Origin: an uncultured Nitrososphaeraceae archaeon
GTDB lineage: Archaea > Thermoproteota > Nitrososphaeria > Nitrososphaerales > Nitrososphaeraceae
Length of the DNA: 64,000 nucleotides
Direction: 5' to 3'
Assembly (NCBI GenBank): GCA_963779615.1
Contig: CAVZZA010000001.1
Coordinates: forward strand, 608,001 to 672,000
Below, piece by piece: positions 21,394 to 32,714 of this stretch; the stretch's first letter is position 1; each line of letters starts with the position of its first letter. Position numbers and translations under genes: made by a program. The notes beneath the pieces were generated by a model, which saw nothing but the letters and a program-made list of their open reading frames with translations, made no database searches and was not told the origin of the DNA.

Positions 21394-21798
21394 TTAGATA
21401 ATGAGATCCTGCAAGTGTGTTAAGCATCATAGAAACAGTTGCACAGAACTGAGCCCTCATTTACGCCATTTGTTTTGGCATATTCATATTTTACCTATGG
21501 CCCATTAATTTGCCATCTGGGGTAAATTTGCCAGCTGCATATACACCTTCGATTTTCATCAACTGACCTAAGTAAACAATGAAGTTTGTTTTTCTGTAAA
21601 GTATAAAGCATTCTTCATGCAATACTATCAATGCAGAGATAAAAATACAATTAGGTTTTAGGATATTCCTTATTCTAATTTATTAAGAATTCAATTTCAT
21701 ATAACAGACATGATAATGGTAAATGTTTATAAAAAAGGAGTAGTAGTTAATTATTGTTGAATCTTTCAATTTAGGGGTTGAAACGAAAGATTACTTTT

Positions 21799-21834
21799 GG
21801 GCACCAGGGGAATGTGATTCAAAAATGAATGAAT
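21799..21834. repeat. Degenerate att-like tRNA-Lys 3' end copy with GTGATTCAAAA junction
   Basis: GGGCACCAGGGGAATGTGATTCAAAAATGAATGAA. Confidence 0.55.
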
Positions 21835-21951
21835 GGATCCTAAATGTGGTTCCCAGTATTATGCATATTAAAAACAGTGCATATTTTGAGATTATTGTTT
21901 TTAATATTTGCTTAAACCATCTATAAAACAATAGGTTAATTGCATTAAATC

Positions 21952-22090
21952 TGCTTTGTCACATAACTGTGAAATTCGTCAATTTATAATATAGCACATA
22001 TCGGCACAATACGAATATCGATTATTCCCCTTGCGGAAATAAAACTAACACATCTAAAAAATACGAAAATTTGAGTTACGCAACAAATCA
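21952..22090. mobile_element. ~139-bp MITE, second family (copy 1)
   Basis: Imperfect TIR TGCTTTGTCACATAACT / AGTTACGCAACAAATCA; flanking direct repeat CATTAAATC; inverted homologue at 52105-52241. Confidence 0.88.
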
Positions 22091-22714
22091 CATTAAATCA
22101 TTAAATAATTAAATAAATAATCAATTATGTTCAACCTAAATGATTTCGGTTAGTTTATTCTAAGAATGTACCGATATCCTTTTTATTTAAAATATTGTAA
22201 AAGTATTTGCAGTTTGCAATAAAATGCAAAAGTGCTTGCCCAGCAATAGGATAGTGCGACATAAAGAACAACCAGCCTGCAAATGGACATATTCTGATGA
22301 GAAAATACTGTCATTGAAGGATGATTATAGATGATGCATCTTGCTAATGTACTCTATTAAAAAGGGCGTCATCTTCCTCCTTCAATGATTATCTAATAAC
22401 ATAATTACGAGAAGAAGTGATATTGATCTGTTTCAATAAAATAGTTATTCGTTTATATTATTTTCAATCCTAAATAGGGTATTTCAAGTAAGATTAAAAA
22501 TGAAGTGAGTAGTTTTTTAAAAACTCAATTAAATAAGGAGGACAGCTAACTCAAAAACAATAATTTTTTTCTTTCTTAGATGACCTTTTTAATTGTGTTT
22601 TTTAGCTTAAAGGATATCAAGTAATTTGAGATTATTCCAAATAAGTTACATACATATGTTTTTGGGAAAATAGTGCTTACAAAACTGTATAAAAAAATTA
22701 ATAAAAATAAAAAA

Positions 22715-23396
22715 CTATGGTGTTGTAAAGTCTATCTTTGGAAAGGTTATGCTTTCTATGTTTTCAGTGCACCCAAATGCTCCGGTCCAGGTACCCTTGT
22801 TAAACTTTGTTGTGGGACCTTCAGTTGATGTACAGAACACTGTTTTGTCTATGGGGATTTCGGCCACATCAAAGTAGTTTATTGTCCCGTATACTTTATA
22901 TCCGTAAATTCCCGGGCTTTGAATCTGCTTTGAGACATAGTGCCCTGGGTCACCAAACAATTCGCTTAGCTTCACATTCTTTTTGATTTCATCTGCCTGT
23001 GTGATGGAGGAGGCGGCATTAAAGCTGCTTATGCTCTTGAAGTAGTACTTGTCGATTGTCAAGTTGGCGCCCTTCAGCGGCAATTTTGTTGCGGCATCGC
23101 TTAGCAAAATCTCCACATCATGCTCTCCTGTGTGTACGCCTGGGACTACTCCATATGCTGGCTCATTCGGAGTGCCCTACAACCACACTTACGGGGTTTG
23201 CGTTCTTTTGATCAGGATCGCTGTTGTCTGGGTTTATTGTTGTTGATGCGTGTGGGAATGCATATGCTGTTCCTGAATATAGAGACAGTGTAGCAGTAGC
23301 AGCAAGTATTACAGCCATAACATAAAATCCAATGTTATTGGTTTTTAAATTCTCACTCTCACTTTTGGAGTTTTTAATCATTGATAAAAGTTGCAA
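22715..23396 (-). CDS. Secreted hypothetical protein split by a one-base insertion near 23169
   Basis: Joining frames gives ..AYAFPHAS..VSVVVGHSNEPAYGVVPGVHTGEHDVEILLSD..; two C-terminal Cys. Confidence 0.7.
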
Positions 23397-23518
23397 CAGG
23401 GCATTTTAATACATTTTGAACGATCACTATATGATTTTATTCTGTAGAGCGTTAGCAGAACAATTGAATGTACCGATTTGTTGTAATTCTTAAGTCATAG
23501 TAAAAACAAAAAAAAGCA

Positions 23519-24184
23519 ATGAAACACAAATGCTTGGATCACTCCAATGCAAAAAAGATACTATTACCAACAATAAGTATTATAGCTATACTGAGCGTTA
23601 TTTGCGTATCATCATCGATGTCACCCAACCAGGCCTTTGCAAGCCACAGCTTTGAGCTTGGTGTGTCGGGAAGCAGCATACCTGACAACACCCACATTGC
23701 ATTGGGCGGCATAACGCTGGCCAAGGGCGAGATACTGCCACTCTATGACGCAAGCCCCAACTTTGTGGCGGGTCATTTTCTAGCCAAGGTGCCATGTGAC
23801 TCCAAAAAGGTTCCAAAGGTTACCGTGATAGCCGGGCACATTGATGAGCACCACGACACGACCCACGTTGACAAGGTGCCGCTGTACTACATTTCACACG
23901 CATCGGACCGCCTAAGCTGCACCTACCATGCCCATATCCCAGACCCATTAAATGGTGGCTCACCAAGAGTGACAGACATTGATTTTGTCAACCTCTCCTC
24001 CTCACCTATTGAATTCAACGGTGGGGATGCAGTGGACATCAACGTTCAAAGGTCACTTGGAAGCATAGTTTCACAGTCCTATGAGGGTGATACCAAACTG
24101 CCTAGCACCATAAAGCACGGGAACCCGGTATTTGACCTGAACGACAACAACCCAAACAATGATGGATTGGGGGCAGCAGATTAA
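23519..24184 (+). CDS. Secreted His/Cys protein, LYD-GH-PC-CxYH family (divergent paralogue)
   Basis: LPLYDASP, GHFLAKVPC, CTYHAHI, VTDID; extra GHIDEHHDTTH loop. Confidence 0.75.
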   Translation: MKHKCLDHSNAKKILLPTISIIAILSVICVSSSMSPNQAFASHSFELGVSGSSIPDNTHIALGGITLAKGEILPLYDASPNFVAGHFLAKVPCDSKKVPKVTVIAGHIDEHHDTTHVDKVPLYYISHASDRLSCTYHAHIPDPLNGGSPRVTDIDFVNLSSSPIEFNGGDAVDINVQRSLGSIVSQSYEGDTKLPSTIKHGNPVFDLNDNNPNNDGLGAAD

Positions 24185-24648
24185 TTACAGAAACACCGAA
24201 ATACAGTCTTCTCCCTCTCTTTTTTTCTTTTCCGTTTATTGAACATTAAATGTGTTTATGTATAGGAGTATTCTTATGGCATGCTAATTTGGTTTATGGT
24301 GTTTGGGTAAACAGATTTTTAAAAGTTACTAAAATTAGTACTTATTATTACTATCTGTTTGTTATCATTTTAAAAATCATTCACCCAAATAAGAACAAAA
24401 GATGGTGAAGGTATCGCCCTTACCATCTTTTAATGAGAACGCAATAAGTCCTAATTGTTTATCGCTTTCCCGGACAAGGTCCAGCGTAATCCAACCGGCA
24501 TAAGCAATTAATCAAAACTGCAATATAAGGCTCTTGATACATTCGTAGAATGTACAAATCGTTACTGGTAACATTTTCAATTGTTGTGTTGATTTAAGCT
24601 GATGGTCCAAAAAAAACAAAAGGGTAAAAAAAATGGTTGGTTTATGCC

Positions 24649-25290
24649 CTAAGAGGATGGTGTGGTGGTAGCACTAGATGTTTGGTTCATGGCAGCCATG
24701 TTGGTCATCTGACTAACTCCTCCTCCTCTCTCTTCAATTGTCATGCCGCCCTGGCTAGCAGGTGCTTGTGCTGGGTCTTTCATTATCTCGTTAATGCCTA
24801 CAATTGCAACGCTGTCCTGGGGGAATGTTATCTCTTTGTTGGATGGATTGTGCAATGCCAGGTCAGTTATCAGCCATCCATTTGGTCCCATCTCAGAGGC
24901 AAGGTCGGTATGGTACATGCAAGTGACACCGGTTATTGACATGTTGGCAACTGGATGTAACTCAAGTGGTCTCAAAAATGTCTGGTCTCCGGCTATTCCT
25001 CCAAGCACCTGCAATAATGGCTCTGATTTTTCATTGCATGGTATGTTGACCGATACATGTCCATCCATTATGTGAAAGCTGCCTGTGTCATAAAGGTGGA
25101 TGTGGGCTCCTGCTGAAACTGATTTGGATTCTAGCAACAGAGTGACCGAGTCCCTTGTAATTACATCTTCTGCCATTGTTTGATTTGTCCCCTGGGCTTG
25201 GGCGGAAACATTGAGCGCCGGGATAAAGGATGACGCAATAGTTGCCGCTAAAACTATAAATAAAAAGTATTTAGTATACATTAATGGCAT
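24649..25290 (-). CDS. Secreted His/Cys protein, LYD-GH-PC-CxYH family
   Basis: RDSVTLLLE, HIHLYDT, GHVSVNIPC, CMYHTDL, ITDLAL; paralogue of 46118-46774. Confidence 0.78.
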   Translation of the reverse strand: MPLMYTKYFLFIVLAATIASSFIPALNVSAQAQGTNQTMAEDVITRDSVTLLLESKSVSAGAHIHLYDTGSFHIMDGHVSVNIPCNEKSEPLLQVLGGIAGDQTFLRPLELHPVANMSITGVTCMYHTDLASEMGPNGWLITDLALHNPSNKEITFPQDSVAIVGINEIMKDPAQAPASQGGMTIEERGGGVSQMTNMAAMNQTSSATTTPSS

Positions 25291-25460
25291 ATAATAAACA
25301 AAGGTAATAAAGTTATGGAAAATTATTCGAAAACTTGAAATTTTTACAGTTTACAATCGTCATATAAATAAAATATTAATGAATCCTTTAAAATAATCAA
25401 ATTTGTTGCAGTCCAGCTGTAATTCAAAAATGAATGAAACGCATTTTTAATTCTAAGAAT

Positions 25461-25765
25461 GTCTACAACGCAACCAAGGCGGCCGTGCGCTCTTTTGCGC
25501 CCACCTGAACGGCCGATCTAAAGCAGCGCAGGATACGCGTCAACGCCATCAGTCCCGACCCAATAGAAACACCAGGCTTTAATGGCCTGCTGGAGACTGA
25601 CGAGCAGAAGGAGCAAATTAGAAAGGGGCTTTTGTCCGCCGTGCCTATGGGCGGATGGGAAGTCCTGACGAAATAGCGAAAGCCGCCACATTCATAGCGT
25701 CAGACGACAGCAGTTTCATCACCGGCATTGAGCTGTTCGTCGATGGGGGCATGGCGCAGATCTAG
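25461..25765 (+). pseudogene. C-terminal fragment of a short-chain dehydrogenase/reductase
   Basis: VYNATKAAVRSFAPT*TADLKQRRIRVNAISP...[35 protein letters not shown]; YxxxK motif; GC-rich. Confidence 0.88.
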
Positions 25766-26714
25766 GCGACTTGGACCGCGGGTATTTGGCCCCGGCTACA
25801 GATAATAATCACTAGCGGTGAAAGTGACACACGAGCCAATGTCACCTGGATTGAAACAGACCGTCTTTCCAATGGGGTTTGCCTTTCCCAAGTTTTTGCA
25901 GCAGTAATGCAAATTCGCCACCGCATCGTCGGTGTCGTGCACTGCTGAAAGACCAGTCTAACAACTACAACTGTTCCATAGATCCATACCAGCGGTGGTA
26001 TGGTATATGCTTCCTCCATGGTGAGCGGGTATGCGCATGTCAAAAGCGCAAACATGCTGCGTCAGCCCCGGAAAGAGGCTATGTGAGTGGCAACAGAAAA
26101 CACACCCATCCCATCCTCAACGAATGGTTTTGGCAAATGCCCTGCCCTGTTCTCCTTATTGCGTTATATAAGCAATGTCAGCATAGATATACTTAAGGAT
26201 AATTCATTAAAGATTGGTGTATAAAAGTACACAACTCCCCCCTATACTTATATATAAACATTTTGGCAAGGGTTGGGTTCTCCTTTTTTTAAGTGGGCCG
26301 TGTCGCATAGAGGGATCCCCTGCTTTTCGGCCTCAGCGATGGTTACGGGCAACCCCAAAGCGGGTCATCCTCATCCAATGTGCCAAGGTGAAGGGTGTCT
26401 GTTCGCGTGGAAGGGGAGGGGATTGAGTCCATACACGATTGCTTTGGCATCCGAGGCCCATGCCTGGCGGGTGCTGTATGCAGCGGTCATCCAGAACCCA
26501 AACAGGCAGCAGCAGGAAATACCGTCATGCGCGTGCATGAGGAGGTTATGAGGAGGTTATGGTGACTGCATACATGAAACATGGACATGAGGAAAGTACA
26601 ATGCTGTTAGCAACAAATTGATGTAAGGAGGCAACAGTGCCATGCTGCTCCATCATGTTTTTAAGGGGTTTTTGAAGGTGGTTTTTCCTTTTGAGTGCTG
26701 CCCTAGCCACCGCC

Positions 26715-27995
26715 TCAACCCTTCACGTCAAAGACACCCATCCACCCAAGCTCCGAAAACTCATTCACATGCGAATGGAACATGTACCTGCCATCAAAGC
26801 CAAACTTAAACTCCATTACCCCCCTGTCCCCCTGTCCAAGGGTGACGATGTCGTTGAGGTATGACTCCTCTGTGGAGGTGCCACCGGGATAGTAGTTGAA
26901 CATGTTTCCGTGCATGTGAAAGGAGTTCACCGGGTCAAACTCCAGCATGTTGACCAGGTAAATGCGGTAGTCAACGCCCCTTTGCAGCGGAATGGGGTGG
27001 TCCATGTAGTCAAACGCCCTTCCGTTTACCGTGTAGACCTCATTGGTGTGCTCAAACTCCTGCGGCATGTAGTCTTCCCTCACCTCCTCGGGGGTTGGAA
27101 TCCTGCTTGGGCCGACACCCTCCTTTTCATAGTCCAGGTCATAGCCGTTCATCATCATCGCCATCTCAACCATGTGGGGCCTTGGCGTCTTTGGGTCGAT
27201 GATGAACATGCCATACAGGCCCTTGTTGATGTGCTGGTCAATTGGGGTTACGTGGCAGTGGTAGGGGTAAACGCCATGGGGCTGGGCAACAAACGTGTAG
27301 GTGTAGCTCTGCCCGGGCATTATCTGGCCCCCCGGCCCCTCCATCCCGTCCATGCTTGCCGGGTGGACGGAATGCGTATGCAGTGAGTGGGGGTGGCTGT
27401 TCTCCTTGCCGTTTATGACGTTTATCTTGACAACATCCCCCTCCGTGACCCTCATGGTTGGTCCGGGTATGGTGCCGTTGAAGGTCCAGGCGTTGTCAAA
27501 CGTCAAGCCATGGTTTGCGATGGGTATCGACTGGTTTTCCTTGACAACCAGGGTGAACTCCCTTGTCACCTGCTTTTCACCGCCAGGCAACGTGTCTGTT
27601 TTCACGTGGCCGCAGTTAAAGTAGGTGAGGTACTCTATGGATGTTGGCTGCTTGCCCGTGTCCTGGCTGCAGTTTTTCAGTTTGTCGTAATCCTGAACCG
27701 AGGGCGACTTGGGGCCAGCGCTGTCGGAGGGGGATGATGATGAGGAGGTGGTGGTGGTGGGGCCAGTGGTGGACTCATCGGCATCGCCAGGTGAGGAACT
27801 GCTGCCGCCATGGTCGTCTTCTGCCTCATCCGCAGAGGTGGGATCCAAAAAGCTTGAGGATGCCATTGTCCTGTACGGTGACAGCGACGGCAGCAGCAGC
27901 AGGCTTAAGACAGCCAGCAGCCCAAAAAGAAACCTGGCTGTGCGAAGCAACTTTAACATGTCAACACCACCCAAAAAGTGACCAGTCATTGTCAT
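26715..27995 (-). CDS. Secreted two-domain multicopper oxidase (type-1 Cu site in domain 1)
   Basis: HPHSLHTH, YPYHCHVTPIDQHINKGLYG, NSFHMHG, MFHSH; start overlaps the stop of the upstream cupredoxin-like gene; likely start ATG about 27959. Confidence 0.92.
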   Translation of the reverse strand: MTMTGHFLGGVDMLKLLRTARFLFGLLAVLSLLLLPSLSPYRTMASSSFLDPTSADEAEDDHGGSSSSPGDADESTTGPTTTTSSSSSPSDSAGPKSPSVQDYDKLKNCSQDTGKQPTSIEYLTYFNCGHVKTDTLPGGEKQVTREFTLVVKENQSIPIANHGLTFDNAWTFNGTIPGPTMRVTEGDVVKINVINGKENSHPHSLHTHSVHPASMDGMEGPGGQIMPGQSYTYTFVAQPHGVYPYHCHVTPIDQHINKGLYGMFIIDPKTPRPHMVEMAMMMNGYDLDYEKEGVGPSRIPTPEEVREDYMPQEFEHTNEVYTVNGRAFDYMDHPIPLQRGVDYRIYLVNMLEFDPVNSFHMHGNMFNYYPGGTSTEESYLNDIVTLGQGDRGVMEFKFGFDGRYMFHSHVNEFSELGWMGVFDVKG

Positions 27996-28843
27996 TTGTA
28001 TGGTAACGTTGGGGCTATCTCCTTCAGGGCGGAGATCACGTTCCCAACACCCATTTCAGGCCCGGCGGTCCACACAACCAATGTTTGCTCTGAGTCAGTT
28101 CCCCTTGCCAAACCGCGAACATCCTTGAAGGAGTACGTGCTGTCTATCGAAAATCCCCTGTCTTTGAACTGCGAAATGTATTCATCGGCCTTTTTTGTGG
28201 GGACCATGTAGATCCCCACCGTGTCTGCGTTGTTGGTGCTGCTCGCATTTGGTCCCATCAGCTTGCTTGGCTGATCTGTGACAACAATGTCCCCTCTCAT
28301 GACAAACCCCTTCTGTTCAGCCTCCTGATCTATTTCCGGACTGCTGTAGGCATAACTGCCCACCGCATTAAAGATGGCTGGATTTGATGCGGTGAACTCC
28401 GTAAGAACTCCGCTATCATAGGGACCAGGGCTAACGGAGTTTGGTGCTCCGCCATCCAGTAGAATCTTGTGCTCATGACTTACGTCACCACTAAACCACA
28501 TGACGCTAGTTCCTTTGTTTACAATGGCTTTCTGGGGCAGAAAGGACTGATCAATGAACCTGGCTTCTTTGGGCTCCCCATTGCCGTGATGAGCTTCATC
28601 AGGAATCAATATTACCAGGTTTTTGACATTGTTTCCAAGTACAGCCGTTTTTGTAAGATAGATACTTTTGGCGTCTATGTTTGGCTGTTGATTTTGTACG
28701 CTTTCATCTATCGCAAATACAGGAATACAGTTGTTACTCATCAAAAATAATCCGAAGGTTAAAACAGAGATGAATATTCCAGATAGAAAAATAAATTTAT
28801 TGGCAAAAAGGCCATTTAGATAATCTTTATCATACATTTTCAT
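27992..28843 (-). CDS. Secreted cupredoxin-like protein, IPxEGHH family (paralogue 4)
   Basis: NLVILIPDEAHH, GDVSHEH, FVMRGDIVV, DTVGIYMVPT, LPYK. Confidence 0.82.
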   Translation of the reverse strand: MKMYDKDYLNGLFANKFIFLSGIFISVLTFGLFLMSNNCIPVFAIDESVQNQQPNIDAKSIYLTKTAVLGNNVKNLVILIPDEAHHGNGEPKEARFIDQSFLPQKAIVNKGTSVMWFSGDVSHEHKILLDGGAPNSVSPGPYDSGVLTEFTASNPAIFNAVGSYAYSSPEIDQEAEQKGFVMRGDIVVTDQPSKLMGPNASSTNNADTVGIYMVPTKKADEYISQFKDRGFSIDSTYSFKDVRGLARGTDSEQTLVVWTAGPEMGVGNVISALKEIAPTLPYK

Positions 28844-28862
28844 TTTTAGATTCTTAAATAGC

Positions 28863-28885
28863 TTAGGTCAGCCTATTTATTAAGG
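28863..28885 (-). promoter_or_regulatory. DtxR/MntR-type operator next to a TATA-like box upstream of the cupredoxin-MCO operon
   Basis: TTAGG-TCAG-CCTAT at 28863-28876, 20 nt before the ATG, adjoining TTAATAA. Confidence 0.55.
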
Positions 28886-29031
28886 TATTTTTATTAATAT
28901 TTGTTATTACTGAGTAGTAGTATACATAAACCTAAATTTGTTTGTAGGTGTGTATCATATAATAATTTATAAGAAAAAAATTTTGTATGTATCAGACGAA
29001 TATCGTCCATTGGTAAAGCTTTAGAATGAAC

Positions 29032-29722
29032 GGCCCTGTTAACTTAAGCGTTTAGCATTTCCTTGTTATGCATTGTCGCAACTAAGCTGAGCCAGTTTTT
29101 GATATGGATGAGATTGCAACCCTCTTTCTGCTGCAAGGAAAATAGTCGTCAAAGCATTCTGTCATATCCTTGACGCACTGCATTGTCCTTTCAACAATGC
29201 TTTTCTCCAAAGGGGAATGGATATGGTGATTTAGCTTCAGGAAACCGGCAAGCCTGCGGATACCAAGTTCCACCATCCGTTGAAACCGGATGCTTCCAAT
29301 GAATCCTAAAACAAACCTGCAACAAACCTGCAACAAACCTCTCTGCCACGAACATGTTTCTCTCTTTGGAGATTGACAGTGCGAGAGTCTACCTGTCTTT
29401 TGGCTCGATGGCGCCCCACAACCAGATGCATTCCGAATAGCCTTAATTGCCGTCTCGTCAACCATGAATTCAGAAATTCTCTTTCTCTTTGAGGATATCC
29501 TTTTGGGTCGATATTTCTGAATCCACTTCCAGATTGCAACGTGGCTTCTCTTTACAATGTGCAAAAAAGATAACGCTTTGGCTACATTTCTAGTCGACAA
29601 ACCAAGAAAGTACAAATACAAGCCATGGCCAATGTGTTCTGAAGGTATTCTGTTTCTTTTATTGCACTTATAGGAAATAAGGCATCTTCAAGCTATAGGA
29701 TTTTCGTTAAGTTAACAGGGCC
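29032..29722 (-). mobile_element. IS6-family element with frameshifted transposase
   Basis: TIRs GGCCCTGTTAACTTAA / TTAAGTTAACAGGGCC; perfect 8-bp target duplication GAATGAAC; YLYFLGLSTR, SHVAIWKWIQK, VDETAIK, ECFDDYFP. Confidence 0.93.
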
Positions 29723-29799
29723 GAATGAACAAAAAGTATTCTGACATGTGTTGGTAAATCGACCATTAACTTTACAGTTATGTAAACATGCAGATGCTC

Positions 29800-30273
29800 T
29801 CTCCATGTAAAATGTTTATGCTCGTTTTGCCTGCATGTTTTTCATTATAATCGCATGCCCAATCGGATACCACTTTACCTATCTCGCGTTCATTTGAAAG
29901 GTGGAGTTGTTAATAGATTGCCTGTGCATCCATAGCCACCTTACCTCTATCAGAGAGCCCGAGGTGATCTGGTCGGAAGAAATACAAATTGTATCCTTGG
30001 ATGGTATCTGGCTAAGGTTTGTTTTACTTTGTTTGATTTGTTTGATTTGTGTATAGATATGTTGTCAAGCACCAGAAATATCTGCTTGATGCTGTTGTCA
30101 TGCTTTTTGTTTACCCGTTTGATAAAATCTAAAAATTGTTCTCCTGTTTTCTTTTTGTATCCATGTGTCCACATTTTATTATCGGTGTGATCATAGACAC
30201 CAAACAAGTTTAGAATTCCATTTGTCTTTTGAGCCCTGTAAACCCTTTCAAACGCTGTCCTGGCAATAGTCAA
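29800..30273 (-). mobile_element. IS630-family transposase fragment
   Basis: LNLFGVYD, IFLVLDNISIHKS, IQFVFLPTRSP (DDE_3-type); 5' truncated. Confidence 0.82.
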
Positions 30274-30513
30274 ACACCATGCAAAATGGGGATAGGATCA
30301 TCACAGCTATGAACATTTAAAGAAAAATAAAACAATGAACACTTGTGGTTTATGTAATTATGTAAATTGGTGTACTATCTCATGGTTACAGAAATTAATG
30401 GGTCTAAATTATACGTTGCAGTATTATAAGCCCATTTATCTTGTTTTAAAAAATACTGACTAATAAAAAAAATAAAAACCTATTAAAAAAAAATTAAATA
30501 AAGAATGTTGTTG

Positions 30514-31605
30514 TTAACTGCCTGAAACCCTTAACAAATTACCCGCCTTGTCTAAAACTGTGTTTATTTCACTAATGGTTTGCTTGATTTCCTCCACTGA
30601 TGCGTTACTGTCTATCTGTGTCCTTAGTTTTTCCCTTAACAGTGATTCTCCCTGGTCTGACAACTCTTTGCCTATTGGTTTTTCCAAATATTCAAAATTG
30701 TCCAAATAGGCTGTTGTTGCTAGTTCTTTGGCCTTTATTGAATCATTAGCTGAGTATGCTAATGTCACTTGATTAAGTAATGACCTTATATTAGAGATAT
30801 AATCCACAGAACTTTCATTAGTTGATGTTGGTGTATATGGAGTAGCAGATGATTTTGATAGTTCGGCATTAATTTCATTAATTATTGAATTTATTTCAGA
30901 TGGGTTTTTTTGCTGCTGAACAGAATTGGTTAAGTTGTTAAACAGTGTAGAAATTGTCTCCCTTTCATTTGCTATCGATTTTGTGTCGTTGAATATCTTG
31001 TGGGCCCTGTCCATAAATGCTGACCCGTCTTGGTACTCAAGTATTAGTGTGATTTTGCCATCCTTTACGCCCTCTTCATACTCCCCTTCTGACGTTGTCA
31101 GCAGATCCTGGATTACGGCGATATTGTGGTCTGTGCTGTTCAGTGTTGTTGCAGGTACGACAGTAGCTATGACTTTGTTTGACATGTCAACTGAACTCTG
31201 TGCCTGTTTGCTAAACTCTTCTTTTGTGCTGTTGTTAGGTCCTGTGGGTGATACTAGGTTTGATAATAAATAAAGGTCACTGGTGTACAACTCATTTAGT
31301 TTTGAATCAGTATTGTTTAATGGTATGGCTATAAGTGATAAAACCTCCTCTATTGGATGGCTTGTGTGATTATATGCCAATGTATTGTTGTCGATGTTTT
31401 TGTTGTATACTGCCTTTTCAATATGGCCTATTATCTGCTCGATGTTTGAATGAAACTTTACATACTCGGTTCCATTACCCTGGGTATTGTTTGCCTGGGC
31501 AAATGATGATTGTGATGGTGATATGGTATTGCATATCACTAAAGTTATGGCAGCCACAACAATTGCGATAAATGCCTTATTTCCTAATTGAATGTTTATA
31601 AGCAT
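30514..31605 (-). CDS. Secreted helical protein resembling the extracellular region of FTR1/PbrT-type metal permeases
   Basis: Signal peptide; EQIIGH, HTSHPIEE, EYEEG, EYQDG, ELATTAYLDNFEYLE. Confidence 0.65.
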   Translation of the reverse strand: MLINIQLGNKAFIAIVVAAITLVICNTISPSQSSFAQANNTQGNGTEYVKFHSNIEQIIGHIEKAVYNKNIDNNTLAYNHTSHPIEEVLSLIAIPLNNTDSKLNELYTSDLYLLSNLVSPTGPNNSTKEEFSKQAQSSVDMSNKVIATVVPATTLNSTDHNIAVIQDLLTTSEGEYEEGVKDGKITLILEYQDGSAFMDRAHKIFNDTKSIANERETISTLFNNLTNSVQQQKNPSEINSIINEINAELSKSSATPYTPTSTNESSVDYISNIRSLLNQVTLAYSANDSIKAKELATTAYLDNFEYLEKPIGKELSDQGESLLREKLRTQIDSNASVEEIKQTISEINTVLDKAGNLLRVSGS

Positions 31606-32168
31606 GTTTTGGGTTTTTCTTTGAAAATCTATTTAATCCATTATCCGATTCTCCATTTAGAGAATACTTGGTAGAATATTATTTTCTTTTTTTTGGTTGT
31701 CTGTGGTTGAATGTTTTTTAATTCATTGAACATGTGATGTTTGTTTTCTTGTTGCCCTTAACACACACACTTAAAATTAAACCTATTGTTACTAACATGT
31801 TGTTAAATAAAGCATCCATACTAAAGATACGAACTATTAATGAAATAAATATACACATACATAATTAAGTTTCTAACGTTTACTACAAAATTATTCAGCA
31901 ATTGCAAAAATGCATTATTGAAATAAGCATCGCGAACTTTGATTGAATTTCAGTTTTATTTGATTATTTTACTGGATACTACGGGTTATATATCTATTCC
32001 CAAGAAAGAGAATATCAAATATCCCCTAAATTGAAATATCGTTACTAGCAAACTAAACAGTATATGGTGAGCATCTGTTGTGTTATAGAACATACTATCC
32101 TAACTATTTTACAGAAAGATCTGACAAAATCAACTTATAGATGAATATGGTAAAACAATTATACCTGA

Positions 32169-32402
32169 ATGAATGGAACTTTGTTTTGCCATGTTATGCT
32201 GCTTATTGTAGGAGTCTTGGCCTTTGCCTTAGAGGATTCTCAGAAAAGTAATGCTTCCACAGATAGCTATAACCCAGATAACCCAAACGATTCGCCATTC
32301 TCTTTACCATTTGATTCAGGTGTTGCAGATCAGTCAGACGATGGAGATTATCAGTCAGACGATGGAGATTATCAGTCAGACGGTGACATACCATTCCCAT
32401 AA
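32169..32402 (+). CDS. Small secreted acidic protein with DDGDYQS (21-bp) repeats
   Basis: Signal-like N-terminus, Asp-rich tail; paralogue at 8854. Confidence 0.6.
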   Translation: MNGTLFCHVMLLIVGVLAFALEDSQKSNASTDSYNPDNPNDSPFSLPFDSGVADQSDDGDYQSDDGDYQSDGDIPFP

Positions 32403-32672
32403 CGTATTTCCGCCTCTAAATATTAAAAAAATACTATAAAAAATTTAATCCATTTCTTTTCCTTTTTAAAATACCCAAACGATTCGCCATGTCAGGTTTT
32501 ATTAACAAAATTGAATGTCTATAAAAATTCTAGGAAATTTTTCTTTTAACTGTGTTATTAAATTTAGCAGTCATATCAACTTCTATTGAAAATCAATAGG
32601 AAAAATATCTTATGGAGAAACAATACTATCTTGTGTATATTTTGTAATGATATTTTAACAATAGAGAATCAC

Positions 32673-32714
32673 GATCAGGTTTATATTTTTGTTAGGCTTA
32701 CCTAATCATGTCTA
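32673..32714 (+). promoter_or_regulatory. TATA box + TTAGG-N4-CCTAA operator (copy 3)
   Basis: Identical 42-bp block; palindrome at 32692-32705. Confidence 0.7.

Noticed and set aside
25762-26551. Cys-rich short ORFs on both strands
   Set aside because: Overlapping, no recognisable motifs; expected by chance in GC-rich DNA.
26715-27995. Copper nitrite reductase NirK
   Set aside because: All four HxH motifs for a trinuclear cluster are present (HTH, HCH, HMH, HSH), which fits a two-domain MCO.
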